Assembly (NCBI RefSeq): GCF_000018105.1
Contig: NC_009926.1
Coordinates: 342,162 to 374,161 of the forward strand
Length of the DNA: 32,000 nt
Reading direction: 5' to 3'
Source: Acaryochloris marina MBIC11017
GTDB lineage: Bacteria > Cyanobacteriota > Cyanobacteriia > Thermosynechococcales > Thermosynechococcaceae
Below the pieces are notes generated by a model, which was given only the letters and a program-made list of their open reading frames with translations, did no database searches and was not told the DNA's origin. A program made the position numbers and the translations under genes. Numbering within the stretch: position 1 is the first letter of the stretch; the number at the start of each line of letters is the position of its first letter. Shown here one piece after another: positions 23,501 to 30,963 of the stretch.

Positions 23501-26249
23501 AGTTGACGATGAGCGACAAGGTATTGGAGGCCGCAGAGGAGATCATGCAGATCAAGGACAAGCTCCCCCGACACGCACCACCCAAGACGGTCGCTCAACA
23601 GAATGGGGGGCAACCTCCTCAGACATAGCTAATTGGGTGATGCATTGGTCTGAGGAGAATGAGCTTGCAGCAAGCGGGTTGGAGGATCACTTGCTAGCCC
23701 TTGATAAGGATATAGAGTCACTCACTCAAAGTCTAGAACCATATTCCTTTGAAGGTTTGGAAGAACTGGCTGAGATTGTTGAAAATGCAGATAAACAACA
23801 AGATCTCAGCCAGAACCTCACTTATATTGCCCAAACTATAGATAACTTTAACCAGATAATCACCCAAAGTCTTGATTCTAGACCTTTTATAGGCTTGGAA
23901 GAATTGGCTGAGATTGTTGAAAATGCAGATAAACAACAAGAACTCAGCCAAAACCTTAGTTATATTTCCCGATCTATAGATAACTTTGACTACACTATCG
24001 AGCAATTCCTAAGCCAGCAACGAATCAAGACCATTGCTGATGCCGTAGCAGAATGGCGAACGGGTCAGGAGCTGGCAAATGCCGTCACTGAAATGGTGGA
24101 TGTCCTGACTCAGGGCACTGAAGGGCTAGACCGGGCAATCATCCGACTCCAAGCGGGGATTGAGACCACCCAATCTCTGGATGTCCAATTCCCCGCAATG
24201 GTTGAGTTAGTCGATGCCGTTCAAGATTGGCAAACTGAGGTGGAAGTTTCTGCGGTCATAGGCGAGGTGCAGGAGCTGGTTGAGTCAATCACGGTGCCTC
24301 AATTCCCTGGAATGAATGACCTGGCTCAGGATGTCCATGACCTCAATGAAGAACAAGCCTTAGCTGAGAGTGGCTTGGTTGAGCAGTTAGCTGAGTTGAC
24401 CACTCAGATCAATACCTTAGTTGAACCCCAGCAAGCTCAGTTTGAGGGCATGGCACAGCTAGCTGAGGTGGTTACTGAACTCCAGCAAGGTCAATCCCTC
24501 GCTCAGGTGCAGCCCCAGCTCCAGGCCATCACCCAGCAGATTGAAGCGTTTAACGCCAAGCAACCCACTTATTCTTTTGCCAAGATTAAGGAGCTGGCCG
24601 ATACCGTCAGTGAGTGGAGGGCACATGAATCCATCACTCAACACATTGGCGCACTCAATGATCTGACCGTTCGCGCTCAACGGAGTCTGAAGACCTTCCC
24701 AGCTATGCTGCAATTGGCTAAATCCGTGAAGGCAATGCGCTCTGTGGATGCACTCATGAATGGGCCAGTCGCAGACCAGATCAAGGAAGTCGCCCAACAG
24801 TTAACGGACAAGGGGATGAGTATCACTCCTAAGCCAAAGACCATTGACGATCAGGTGTTCTGGAAGCCGGACTATACCGGGGTAGAACGACCTGACCACA
24901 TTGACGAGAAGCATTGGAATGAATGGGTGGCAAGCTGCGCCCATCCTGATGTGATTGCTGCTCGGCTCCAATCCATTGCTGATGATCAGGTGATTGATCG
25001 GTTGCTCGGAGCCAAGATTGAAGACATCGCCACTCGCAGACGGGATGGGTCGTTCAAGACGGTTCGCAGCCAGTATCACATTGAGCCGATCCGAGCCTTG
25101 ATTAATGATCGGTCGCATCCTGAAGTGTTGAGCTATCAAGAGCTAGCTGAAGGGGGAGGCTGGTGGGCTGATGCTGGAGTGGATCCGCTGTCCTTTGAAG
25201 AACTTGGACCCAATGAGGAACCTACACTGAGTCTGTATGGCACCTTCAAGCCTGATACTCCCCGCATCGACGTAGACAAAACTCGCAGAGCTAGGGCTAA
25301 AGACTCCAATGCCCCAACCAAATATCGCAAGTATGAGAATCCATTGGGAACCAAGCGCGAACTCTTTGAGCGAGACATGGCCTTCCAACCCGTCCCAAAT
25401 CATATCGCTGAGCGGATCTTTGATAAGTATGGTGTTGTGCAAACGGATGAGGAACGGACCAAGGGATTCTGGTACACGGTCTACAAGCATCCTGAGATTC
25501 CCATCTACCGGACTGAAGGAGACAAGAAAGATGCGGCATTAGTCTCTCAAGGAAGAGTCGTCATTGGTGGTCAGGGGGTCAACATCGGCTATCGGGCCAA
25601 GAACCAGCACGATGAAAAGCTCGAAAGACGAGTACTGCATCCTCATCTAGACGTGTTTGCGGTTCCAGGCAGAGAGTTCAGGTATGCCCATGACTGGGAT
25701 TCTGAGCAGTCCACGGTCTGGAACGTGCGCCGTGAAATGGTCAGAGAAGCTGAACTCATTGAAGAAAGAGACTGCAAGACATGGAGAATTCCTTGGGATT
25801 CTGAACAAGGGAAAGGCGTCGATGACCTGATCGCTAATCATGGCCCCATCGCCTTTGAGCGGGCTGACAAGAATGCCTATCCGATGGAGCGGGAAATCAC
25901 GATGCACTATCGGGGCCAGTACACCCAGATTAAGAAGCGATTGAATCGGCACTTTGGATGCGCGGTGCACGATATTCCCATTTACCTAGAAGCGATGAAG
26001 GATGGGGACGAGATGGATGGCATTCGGGTCCTATGGGAGTCTTCCACTGCCCGGTCCTTCCAGCATTACCATGACAAGCAGCACTATATCGAGGGCATCA
26101 TCAAGCTCTCGGATGCCTATCGTAGACTCGTCAGAAAAGACGGTGACCCCAAGGCCATGCAAATCCTCGTCAACAGACTAAAAAGGCCCCGACCCATTAT
26201 CAAGGTCGAGGCCAGAAGTCGGAATATAAAACGAGGCTATGGACGTTAG
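20544..26249 (+). CDS. MOBF-type relaxase / RecD-like helicase fused through a repeat-rich linker to a C-terminal TOPRIM (primase-like, DUF3854-like) domain
   Basis: Relaxase: Tyr pairs IDYY...ERYY and His triad HHTSRDGDMQLHTHMLIMN. Helicase: P-loop GFPGVGKS (21876-21899), Walker B LIDEAGMM (22071-22094) and VGDAGQ. TOPRIM: TEGDKKDAA (from 25512), HDWDSE (25689-25706) and KGVDDL. A single frame is open for 1901 codons. Confidence 0.85.
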   Translation: MKTMRTIYGEMIDYYDEDESLVDAPERYYSESEVITDIDRMSTAVWVGSNAIVQKLGTYVKREDFKALSRGFLPEALKSVAGGAVQRIRGKKPNEEDKERHAHDVVLSAPKSVSMALHLEGDNRIFDAHMEAVLETFELLEREYAQTRIQVNGVRSVVDTGNMIAALMPHHTSRDGDMQLHTHMLIMNGTQGPDGRWRSLSHEKLAQAKWIGSFYRQKLAEKVQRLGYRIYQTKDAFELVGYDRSDVEVFSKRHRAIVKAVRDEGLEVTPENKKLKVLPTRKAKRGVGKKLEIIQDHWREEARSQGVGHPVLAEPLAVLPDPGRARYEVESAIRHYAEWSSIFEKDDIYAYVFKTLKRQGMAMEQVDEAIKQSKELIPVDRGFTTVTAVEEEAQIHQRWMAGQGQAQPMVAHPSLAGISVKLNEDQAKTILNTLTSTDHYQIWQGFPGVGKSRTLGVLKTLLNGSGFTIRGFSPTIPAAKKLQDELGITTNTVEHLVLHQVDDSPNQVWLIDEAGMMSRRQMKVILEKAEAVKAQVIFVGDAGQNSSIEAGNPFKFMQANGATTHRIEEIIRQKVDVQKQAVELIARGRGIAALELLDANGYVIESGCKAEMAQAAADQYLALPLKEQEETLIIAGTNEERLDTEQAIRRGEKQAGRLGESSKIVQLKSRNLSIEQKRRVDWYRKGDYVRLLQTSHTASIKRGELYKVEKREGDELVVSSFGGRLYRFKPAKYKLKEVYSAHKFDVAVGDKLRWTTTIKENNWINGQQLTVTALDGLNMKVRDHEGRSHDVPLTQPLALEYDRVWTSYRSQSGSKKRTIVITTNDRTSSREPFLVDISRQEHELTVYTESLNKLRNRVAKSNAQKSALDLIEGTYGNQRTTTADHQRASSPVSPTHGRDHHLDQSSRRGPSPEPTHPRREQRTQVPSQGADQHHSNGSQSRSQPVHPGIQGGDGIQETLGYERVDQGTRQGNGQLKVENRGYQRLAVDDERQGIGGRRGDHADQGQAPPTRTTQDGRSTEWGATSSDIANWVMHWSEENELAASGLEDHLLALDKDIESLTQSLEPYSFEGLEELAEIVENADKQQDLSQNLTYIAQTIDNFNQIITQSLDSRPFIGLEELAEIVENADKQQELSQNLSYISRSIDNFDYTIEQFLSQQRIKTIADAVAEWRTGQELANAVTEMVDVLTQGTEGLDRAIIRLQAGIETTQSLDVQFPAMVELVDAVQDWQTEVEVSAVIGEVQELVESITVPQFPGMNDLAQDVHDLNEEQALAESGLVEQLAELTTQINTLVEPQQAQFEGMAQLAEVVTELQQGQSLAQVQPQLQAITQQIEAFNAKQPTYSFAKIKELADTVSEWRAHESITQHIGALNDLTVRAQRSLKTFPAMLQLAKSVKAMRSVDALMNGPVADQIKEVAQQLTDKGMSITPKPKTIDDQVFWKPDYTGVERPDHIDEKHWNEWVASCAHPDVIAARLQSIADDQVIDRLLGAKIEDIATRRRDGSFKTVRSQYHIEPIRALINDRSHPEVLSYQELAEGGGWWADAGVDPLSFEELGPNEEPTLSLYGTFKPDTPRIDVDKTRRARAKDSNAPTKYRKYENPLGTKRELFERDMAFQPVPNHIAERIFDKYGVVQTDEERTKGFWYTVYKHPEIPIYRTEGDKKDAALVSQGRVVIGGQGVNIGYRAKNQHDEKLERRVLHPHLDVFAVPGREFRYAHDWDSEQSTVWNVRREMVREAELIEERDCKTWRIPWDSEQGKGVDDLIANHGPIAFERADKNAYPMEREITMHYRGQYTQIKKRLNRHFGCAVHDIPIYLEAMKDGDEMDGIRVLWESSTARSFQHYHDKQHYIEGIIKLSDAYRRLVRKDGDPKAMQILVNRLKRPRPIIKVEARSRNIKRGYGR
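23167..23628 (+). CDS. 153-aa coiled-coil protein encoded in the +1 frame inside the relaxase ORF
   Basis: GAGG at 23157-23160 lies 6 nt before the ATG, and an in-frame TAA lies at 23152-23154. Coding-type codon-position bias is in this frame rather than frame 0. The product is an amphipathic helical sequence. Confidence 0.55.
   Translation: METNEQQQQIINELRVQLAPLTDAITILTNQVEEVQAQNQHILDENRELKSQVRERINTIPMEVKAVLNLFIQEFKEAMASKKPSDMSESIKELAKAMDNLRLKIEDTSVLQLTMSDKVLEAAEEIMQIKDKLPRHAPPKTVAQQNGGQPPQT
23754..24029 (+). repeat. 138-bp (46-codon) tandem duplication inside the relaxase linker
   Basis: 23754-23891 and 23892-24029 are near-identical over the first ~70 nt (gg.ttggaagaa.tggctgagattgttgaaaatgcagataaacaacaaga.ctcagcca.aacct). 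They encode GLEELAEIVENADKQQ.LSQNL.YI...IDNF twice. Further degenerate copies follow. Confidence 0.8.
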
Positions 26250-26467
26250 TCTACACGACGGGAGTTAATCACCGTACCACCACTAGAACTAATCCAATCA
26301 GAACCCGGCATGGGAGGTGGCCCTGGAATAATCTCGGTGAGTCTCATTCCTGATCTATCTTCAATCTCTACGCGACTGCGTTGTTGAGGCTTGGGATCAC
26401 CGGGTAGCCGCTGACTCCAGGGATCATTAAATGAATTGCCGATTGGATCGTTATACATATCTGACAT
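26246..26467 (-). CDS. small Pro/Gly-rich hypothetical protein (73 aa)
   Basis: ATG 26467 (MSDMYNDPIG...) has AAGGAG upstream and a box copy 43 nt upstream. The longer 26611 start overlaps the preceding gene. Confidence 0.45.
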   Translation of the reverse strand: MSDMYNDPIGNSFNDPWSQRLPGDPKPQQRSRVEIEDRSGMRLTEIIPGPPPMPGSDWISSSGGTVINSRRVD

Positions 26468-26510
26468 GGGATTTCTCCTTGATTTGATTAACAACGTGAA
26501 ACTGATTCGA

Positions 26511-26524
26511 GAGAATATGCCACC
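26511..26524 (-). promoter_or_regulatory. backbone box copy (GAGAATATGCCACC on +)
   Basis: 43 nt upstream of ATG 26467, in the 61-nt gap between the 731-aa gene stop (26529) and ATG 26467. Confidence 0.45.
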
Positions 26525-26528
26525 CCCT

Positions 26529-28724
26529 TTATCGGGACATGGAAACTTCTCGTTTGGGCTGTTCTTTCTTCTCCACGGGGGGACGGGCAAGGTTCTTTTT
26601 AATCTTGGCAATGAGCTTGCTAGAATCTAGTCCTTTCTCTCGCCTCCGATGAATCGTATCTTTCTGTTCTTGGGTAAATCCAGCGAACTCATCCTGGACT
26701 TCTGCCGTAGGATGCTTGGACTGGGAAGACGCTACTTGTTGATTCTCAGGCTCAGTGGGCTGTTCTTTATCATTGGGCTTGGGAGCTTCCGCCTCGGTCT
26801 TCTGGCCTTTAGTTTCACTCTGCTGCTGCGCATCCTTGGGGATATCAGCCTCAGCCTTGATATCCTTTCCAGAAAGTCCATATCGATCTGGAATCGCAAT
26901 ACCATTTTGAATCCTAAGAATCGTGCGAGTGCCTACCTTAATCGTCAATGTCCCTTTGAATTTCTCTGGATTCCTCAGTGCCTCTCGAATCATCCGAGAC
27001 TGTTCTAAATTAACGGAACTGCGATTATGATCGATTATCCCGTCATCATTTAGTCGAAATATCTCTTTCTGATTTAAAAACACTCGCATATTGCCAATTT
27101 CAATATTGCGACTTAGCTTCTCAACAATATCCTCGTTGAGCATGCGGAGTGGGTCAAGGTCTTCAGATTCCGAGGCTTTCGCTTTCGGTGCTTCCGCTTC
27201 AGGTGCTTGAGAGGGTTCAGCCCTTTCTGGGTCTGAGGAGTTGCGGACCACAGCCTTCGCTTCCTCCTCACTCATACCCTCGTCTTGACCCTGCATCACG
27301 ACCAGCTCGTCATAGTATTCCTGCAACTGCGGATCTTCGCTGATGTATTCTTGAGTGTCAGCATAGGTTAGCTCTTCGTCCAGGGCTTTAGACAATAACT
27401 CCGCATATTGGTCTTGGCTTGTGGATTCAGTCTGTACCTCTGCCCCCTGCTCAAAGGCATCAAAGTTAGCCTCAGTGGTGACGAGTTTCTGAACGTCTTC
27501 TAGGTCTACCCCATTAACAGCAGCTTGAGCCACGACCTTCTGATCCAGCTCACTCAATAACGTTGGATTCTCACCGAGGCGAGACTGAATATCCTCCCAG
27601 GTCAAATCTGGATTCTTCTCAAATTCACCCAGTAGTTGAGAATATTGCTGTTGGGCATCCGTTGATAGTTCCACCGATGGATTCACGACAGAAGCATTCA
27701 CTTCCAATACTGTTTGAGCTTCAGGCTCCTGGGTCAGCTCCTGATTAACCTCTGGGGTGGGGTTATCTAGTTTGTATTGCGCCTCCACTGACTTTGCTGT
27801 CTCAGCTAGATAAACAGAGGTATCTTGAAGCTTCGCGTCAGCCATCTGAGATACATTTGGTCCCTGGGAGATAATCGCGGTTGCTTCATCCGGGCCTTTC
27901 CCTGCTTTGAGCGCTTGGTAGAAGACTTGCTTGTCATAGTCAGCTCCTAAGTCGGGCTGATTCTGGAGAGTCTCCTGAATGCGCTCATAGGTGAGATTGG
28001 GGTCATTCTGTTGCTCAGATAGGATCTTTACATATTCATCTCGTCGCTCCATATCGCGCTCTGTGGGGATGGAGGCTTGGTTCTGTGCTTCAGCCATTGT
28101 TGCTTGTCTCCTTTGTACGGTTTCCATTGCACTACGAACGTTCTGCTGCACTTGCTCTGGCAGCTTGCTCAAGGTCTCTTCAAACCAATCCTTGGCCCGG
28201 TTGATGTAGTGGTTGGTCATCCTCCACATATGAACCACTGGACGAGCCACCACTGTAGGAATGCCCTGTCTGGCATAGCTAATGGCTAGCTTGCTCGTGT
28301 CCACGATGCCTTTCCCGATCATCGTCGGGGCGGCAAACCCACTCAAGGGCCGTGCCCAGGCATCTGTCTTTGCCAACATGTCTGCGGTTCTCACATTCGC
28401 CCAGGCATTGAAAGCACTCTGCCTCCCCCATCCAGGCTGTATCTGACCCGCTATCTCAGCAAAGTTCTTGGCGATCTGATCCGCTGCAACGCCATGTATC
28501 CCTGAGTGCATCAGATGAGTGGCCTGACCCACTACCCCCGCCACGGCAGGGCCAACGATGGGAGCATGAGTCGCGGCCACCGCAGCAGCAGGAGGCAGGG
28601 CGGCAAACTGGATCAGTTTTTTAGCCACTCGCATAGTGGGAGCAGCCTGGAAAAAGAGTTGTTCTTCTTCCCGTAGTTCCCGATACTTTGCACTGATGAA
28701 ATTCTGAGATTCAAGTTTTTCCAT
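26529..28724 (-). CDS. large uncharacterised protein (731 aa) in the coupling-protein operon
   Basis: GGAGAA RBS. The N-terminal third is Gly/Ala-rich and hydrophobic. The centre has three ~65-aa repeats (QY..LL.....P.LT.E.IQ..L...P.L....D..V). The C-terminal domain is followed by a Lys/Glu/Pro-rich tail. No family recognised. Confidence 0.7.
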   Translation of the reverse strand: MEKLESQNFISAKYRELREEEQLFFQAAPTMRVAKKLIQFAALPPAAAVAATHAPIVGPAVAGVVGQATHLMHSGIHGVAADQIAKNFAEIAGQIQPGWGRQSAFNAWANVRTADMLAKTDAWARPLSGFAAPTMIGKGIVDTSKLAISYARQGIPTVVARPVVHMWRMTNHYINRAKDWFEETLSKLPEQVQQNVRSAMETVQRRQATMAEAQNQASIPTERDMERRDEYVKILSEQQNDPNLTYERIQETLQNQPDLGADYDKQVFYQALKAGKGPDEATAIISQGPNVSQMADAKLQDTSVYLAETAKSVEAQYKLDNPTPEVNQELTQEPEAQTVLEVNASVVNPSVELSTDAQQQYSQLLGEFEKNPDLTWEDIQSRLGENPTLLSELDQKVVAQAAVNGVDLEDVQKLVTTEANFDAFEQGAEVQTESTSQDQYAELLSKALDEELTYADTQEYISEDPQLQEYYDELVVMQGQDEGMSEEEAKAVVRNSSDPERAEPSQAPEAEAPKAKASESEDLDPLRMLNEDIVEKLSRNIEIGNMRVFLNQKEIFRLNDDGIIDHNRSSVNLEQSRMIREALRNPEKFKGTLTIKVGTRTILRIQNGIAIPDRYGLSGKDIKAEADIPKDAQQQSETKGQKTEAEAPKPNDKEQPTEPENQQVASSQSKHPTAEVQDEFAGFTQEQKDTIHRRREKGLDSSKLIAKIKKNLARPPVEKKEQPKREVSMSR

Positions 28725-28764
28725 TGTTCAAGTTCTCCATAGTTAGAGTCCTGATTTGTTCCGA

Positions 28765-28778
28765 GGTAATGTACCGCT
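28765..28778 (-). promoter_or_regulatory. backbone box copy (GGTAATGTACCGCT on +)
   Basis: 40 nt upstream of ATG 28724. It overlaps the stop of the 118-aa gene. Confidence 0.45.
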
Positions 28779-29133
28779 ACCGTCCAAACCCCCGATTTTG
28801 GCCTCGGTTCCGATTCTGGGTGAGCTTGTGGCCGTGGGTTTCCACCGCGACTTTGAGTTGGGCACTCTTCACATACCGCTCCGCCATCTTGGTTGGGTCT
28901 TGCACTTTCTCGGCATAGTCGCTCATCCGTAGCTTGGTCTTAATCACATCCGTGGGGGTGTTATTCCGTATCTCCTTCTTCGCCAGTTCCATTGCCTGTT
29001 CAGCAGTCTCGATCTTGACCGCCACTCGCGGCTTGCGGAGGGCGACGGCATTGATGATGACGCTGTTGGTGGCATTCACGGCCTGCTGGCCGATTTGCAA
29101 CGCTTCTCTAAATTGCTGTTCTTCGCTACTCAT
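28777..29133 (-). CDS. small hypothetical protein (118 aa) with a basic RG-rich tail
   Basis: The ATG overlaps the coupling-protein stop (ATGA). Helical body and the tail NRNRGQNRGFGR. No family recognised. Confidence 0.6.
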   Translation of the reverse strand: MSSEEQQFREALQIGQQAVNATNSVIINAVALRKPRVAVKIETAEQAMELAKKEIRNNTPTDVIKTKLRMSDYAEKVQDPTKMAERYVKSAQLKVAVETHGHKLTQNRNRGQNRGFGR

Positions 29134-30857
29134 GCGGCTTTCTCCTCTTGTTGCTTCAATTTGTGGGATTCAACTTCTTGGGTAGAGGGCAGCAAGGCAT
29201 CCGCAGACACCATGCGGTCGGACATGATTTGTTCTGGAGAATCTAACACCCGCTCTTGGGCTATCCGCACCATCTGCTTATGGACATGGCTGTTGTACAT
29301 CCGCTCACATTCGGTGAACCGCTGCATGTCCGTGCCATTCCGCTTCTTCAAGTTGAAGCGCATCCGAATGGGCCGATCATCCATGCCGGGGTTGGTGCAG
29401 ATAAATTCCCCTTTCTTCAATCGCTTGATATCTGAAGCGGTAATCAGCCGCTTCTTCTTCTCCTGTTCATTGCGGGAGCGGCTGTTGCCCATCTTCCCGT
29501 AGCTGCGAGATTTGGAATGGTAGTGCTTGGTGTACTCCCCCAAGTCCGCACTCAGGTCTTCTCGGACTTTGTAGCTCCCACTCTTGAATATGAATTGGGT
29601 GGAGGTGTTATCAAAGATGGACTCTGAGGTCTCCGACTGATATTTAATCTTGGGTTGGCTATAGCTCTGCATGGACACAAAGGAATAGAACCCATAGCTC
29701 CGATCCAAGGACACCACTTCTTCAAAACTCGGCAGCATCAGTCGGGCGAATTCATCTAGGAACACACCAAAAGGCCGATCCCGTTCCGTATCCTCATTCA
29801 AGTTGCGCTGAATTAAAAGGTGAATGGCAACAGCGACTAATGGGGCCGTAGCTTTCTTGGCTTGTCCATCCAACTCAAAGAAGATGATTTGCTTACCCGG
29901 TAGGTCCAAAGGAATGGTGGATTGGGTGGGTTCGCGCCCATCAATGGACAGACAGGGGATGGTCTGCCGATTGACCATTGGTAAGAGATAGTTGATGCCA
30001 CTCGCTAATATGCCGCCAGCGGTATCTTGGGTGCCCGTCACGCTCATCAGGCCCACGAGCTGTTGCCTCACCCACATGCCTAAATCGCTATCTACCTTGA
30101 ATGCGCCTTCTTGATCGGCCATTTGAATCCGCTCTGCGATACCCGGCAGGCCCATCAAAGCCCATACCATCGGCAAGTCGGAATAGTCGGCCCGCTTCGC
30201 CATCATCAACAGGGCTTGCAGGAAGTACTCCGCATGATTGTCGAAGAAGGGATGCTTGCCTGAAAGATTGACGATCACGTTATCGGACAAGGTTGAGGCG
30301 ATGGACCGCGCTCTCAATGAGTCATCAGCATCTTGCATAAATTTTAGGTAGTCAAAGCCATGACTGTATCGCTTGCCGGGGGCAAAGCAGTAGCACTCAT
30401 ATGGATCTGGTTGCTTGAGGGCAAAGGGGATGAATTTCTTCTTGAGAGTACCCTTCACATCAAAGACAATCAGGGTGTGCTCCTGGCGTATAGCATCTGC
30501 CAAGGCTAGTTCAATCACCGTAGCGGTCTTACCCTTACCAGACCCACCCACGATGGTGACGAGGGGCTGAAGGTCCGGGAGGATCAGGGGGTCATCGCTG
30601 CCCAGGCGAAGGGCAATTTCATCCCGTTTTCGGTCTCTGATTTGCTTGAGTCCCAGCATCTTAGCTCGATGCTGCTCCCGTCTCGTGGCCCACCGGGCAT
30701 CATCGGGTTCGCGTCTCGTCTCATCCTCAAACCACCACAGGGCAATTACGATCAGGGCCAATAAACCCGTCAACCAGGGGAGAGGGCCACTGAAAAGTGG
30801 GGACAGGTCAACCCCTTCAGATTGGGGTTGAGGAGGCTGTTCGGTATGCTGCGACAT
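29130..30857 (-). CDS. type IV coupling protein (VirD4/TraG/TrwB family ATPase)
   Basis: AAGGAGG RBS. N-terminal TM LPWLTGLLALIVIALWWF. Walker A GGSGKGKT. Walker B-like FGVFLDEFARL. Size and layout are typical of T4CPs. Confidence 0.9.
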   Translation of the reverse strand: MSQHTEQPPQPQSEGVDLSPLFSGPLPWLTGLLALIVIALWWFEDETRREPDDARWATRREQHRAKMLGLKQIRDRKRDEIALRLGSDDPLILPDLQPLVTIVGGSGKGKTATVIELALADAIRQEHTLIVFDVKGTLKKKFIPFALKQPDPYECYCFAPGKRYSHGFDYLKFMQDADDSLRARSIASTLSDNVIVNLSGKHPFFDNHAEYFLQALLMMAKRADYSDLPMVWALMGLPGIAERIQMADQEGAFKVDSDLGMWVRQQLVGLMSVTGTQDTAGGILASGINYLLPMVNRQTIPCLSIDGREPTQSTIPLDLPGKQIIFFELDGQAKKATAPLVAVAIHLLIQRNLNEDTERDRPFGVFLDEFARLMLPSFEEVVSLDRSYGFYSFVSMQSYSQPKIKYQSETSESIFDNTSTQFIFKSGSYKVREDLSADLGEYTKHYHSKSRSYGKMGNSRSRNEQEKKKRLITASDIKRLKKGEFICTNPGMDDRPIRMRFNLKKRNGTDMQRFTECERMYNSHVHKQMVRIAQERVLDSPEQIMSDRMVSADALLPSTQEVESHKLKQQEEKAA

Positions 30858-30963
30858 TACTCACCTCCTTTGCTTTCAGCGATGGGAGTGGAGTAACCTA
30901 ACTGCACGAGCAGGGGTACTGCCAAAAATCTGATGTTGGTCATGGCGGTCGAAATTATCTACG

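Noticed and set aside
20496-25970. Numerous ORFs antisense or out of frame within the relaxase ORF (e.g. 20746..21063 -, 22746..23135 -, 23256..23585 -, 23733..24005 -, 24459..25490 -, 25647..25970 -).
   Set aside because: They have no RBS, biased composition, and overlap a gene with clear domain signatures. Only the same-strand +1 ORF 23167..23628 stands out and is reported separately.
26649-30831. Plus-strand ORFs inside the minus-strand operon (26649..27008, 27991..28289, 28724..28918, 28934..29185, 29095..29502, 30646..30831).
   Set aside because: These are shadows of the 731-aa, 118-aa and coupling-protein genes. Those genes all have strong Shine-Dalgarno sequences and, for the T4CP, clear motifs.
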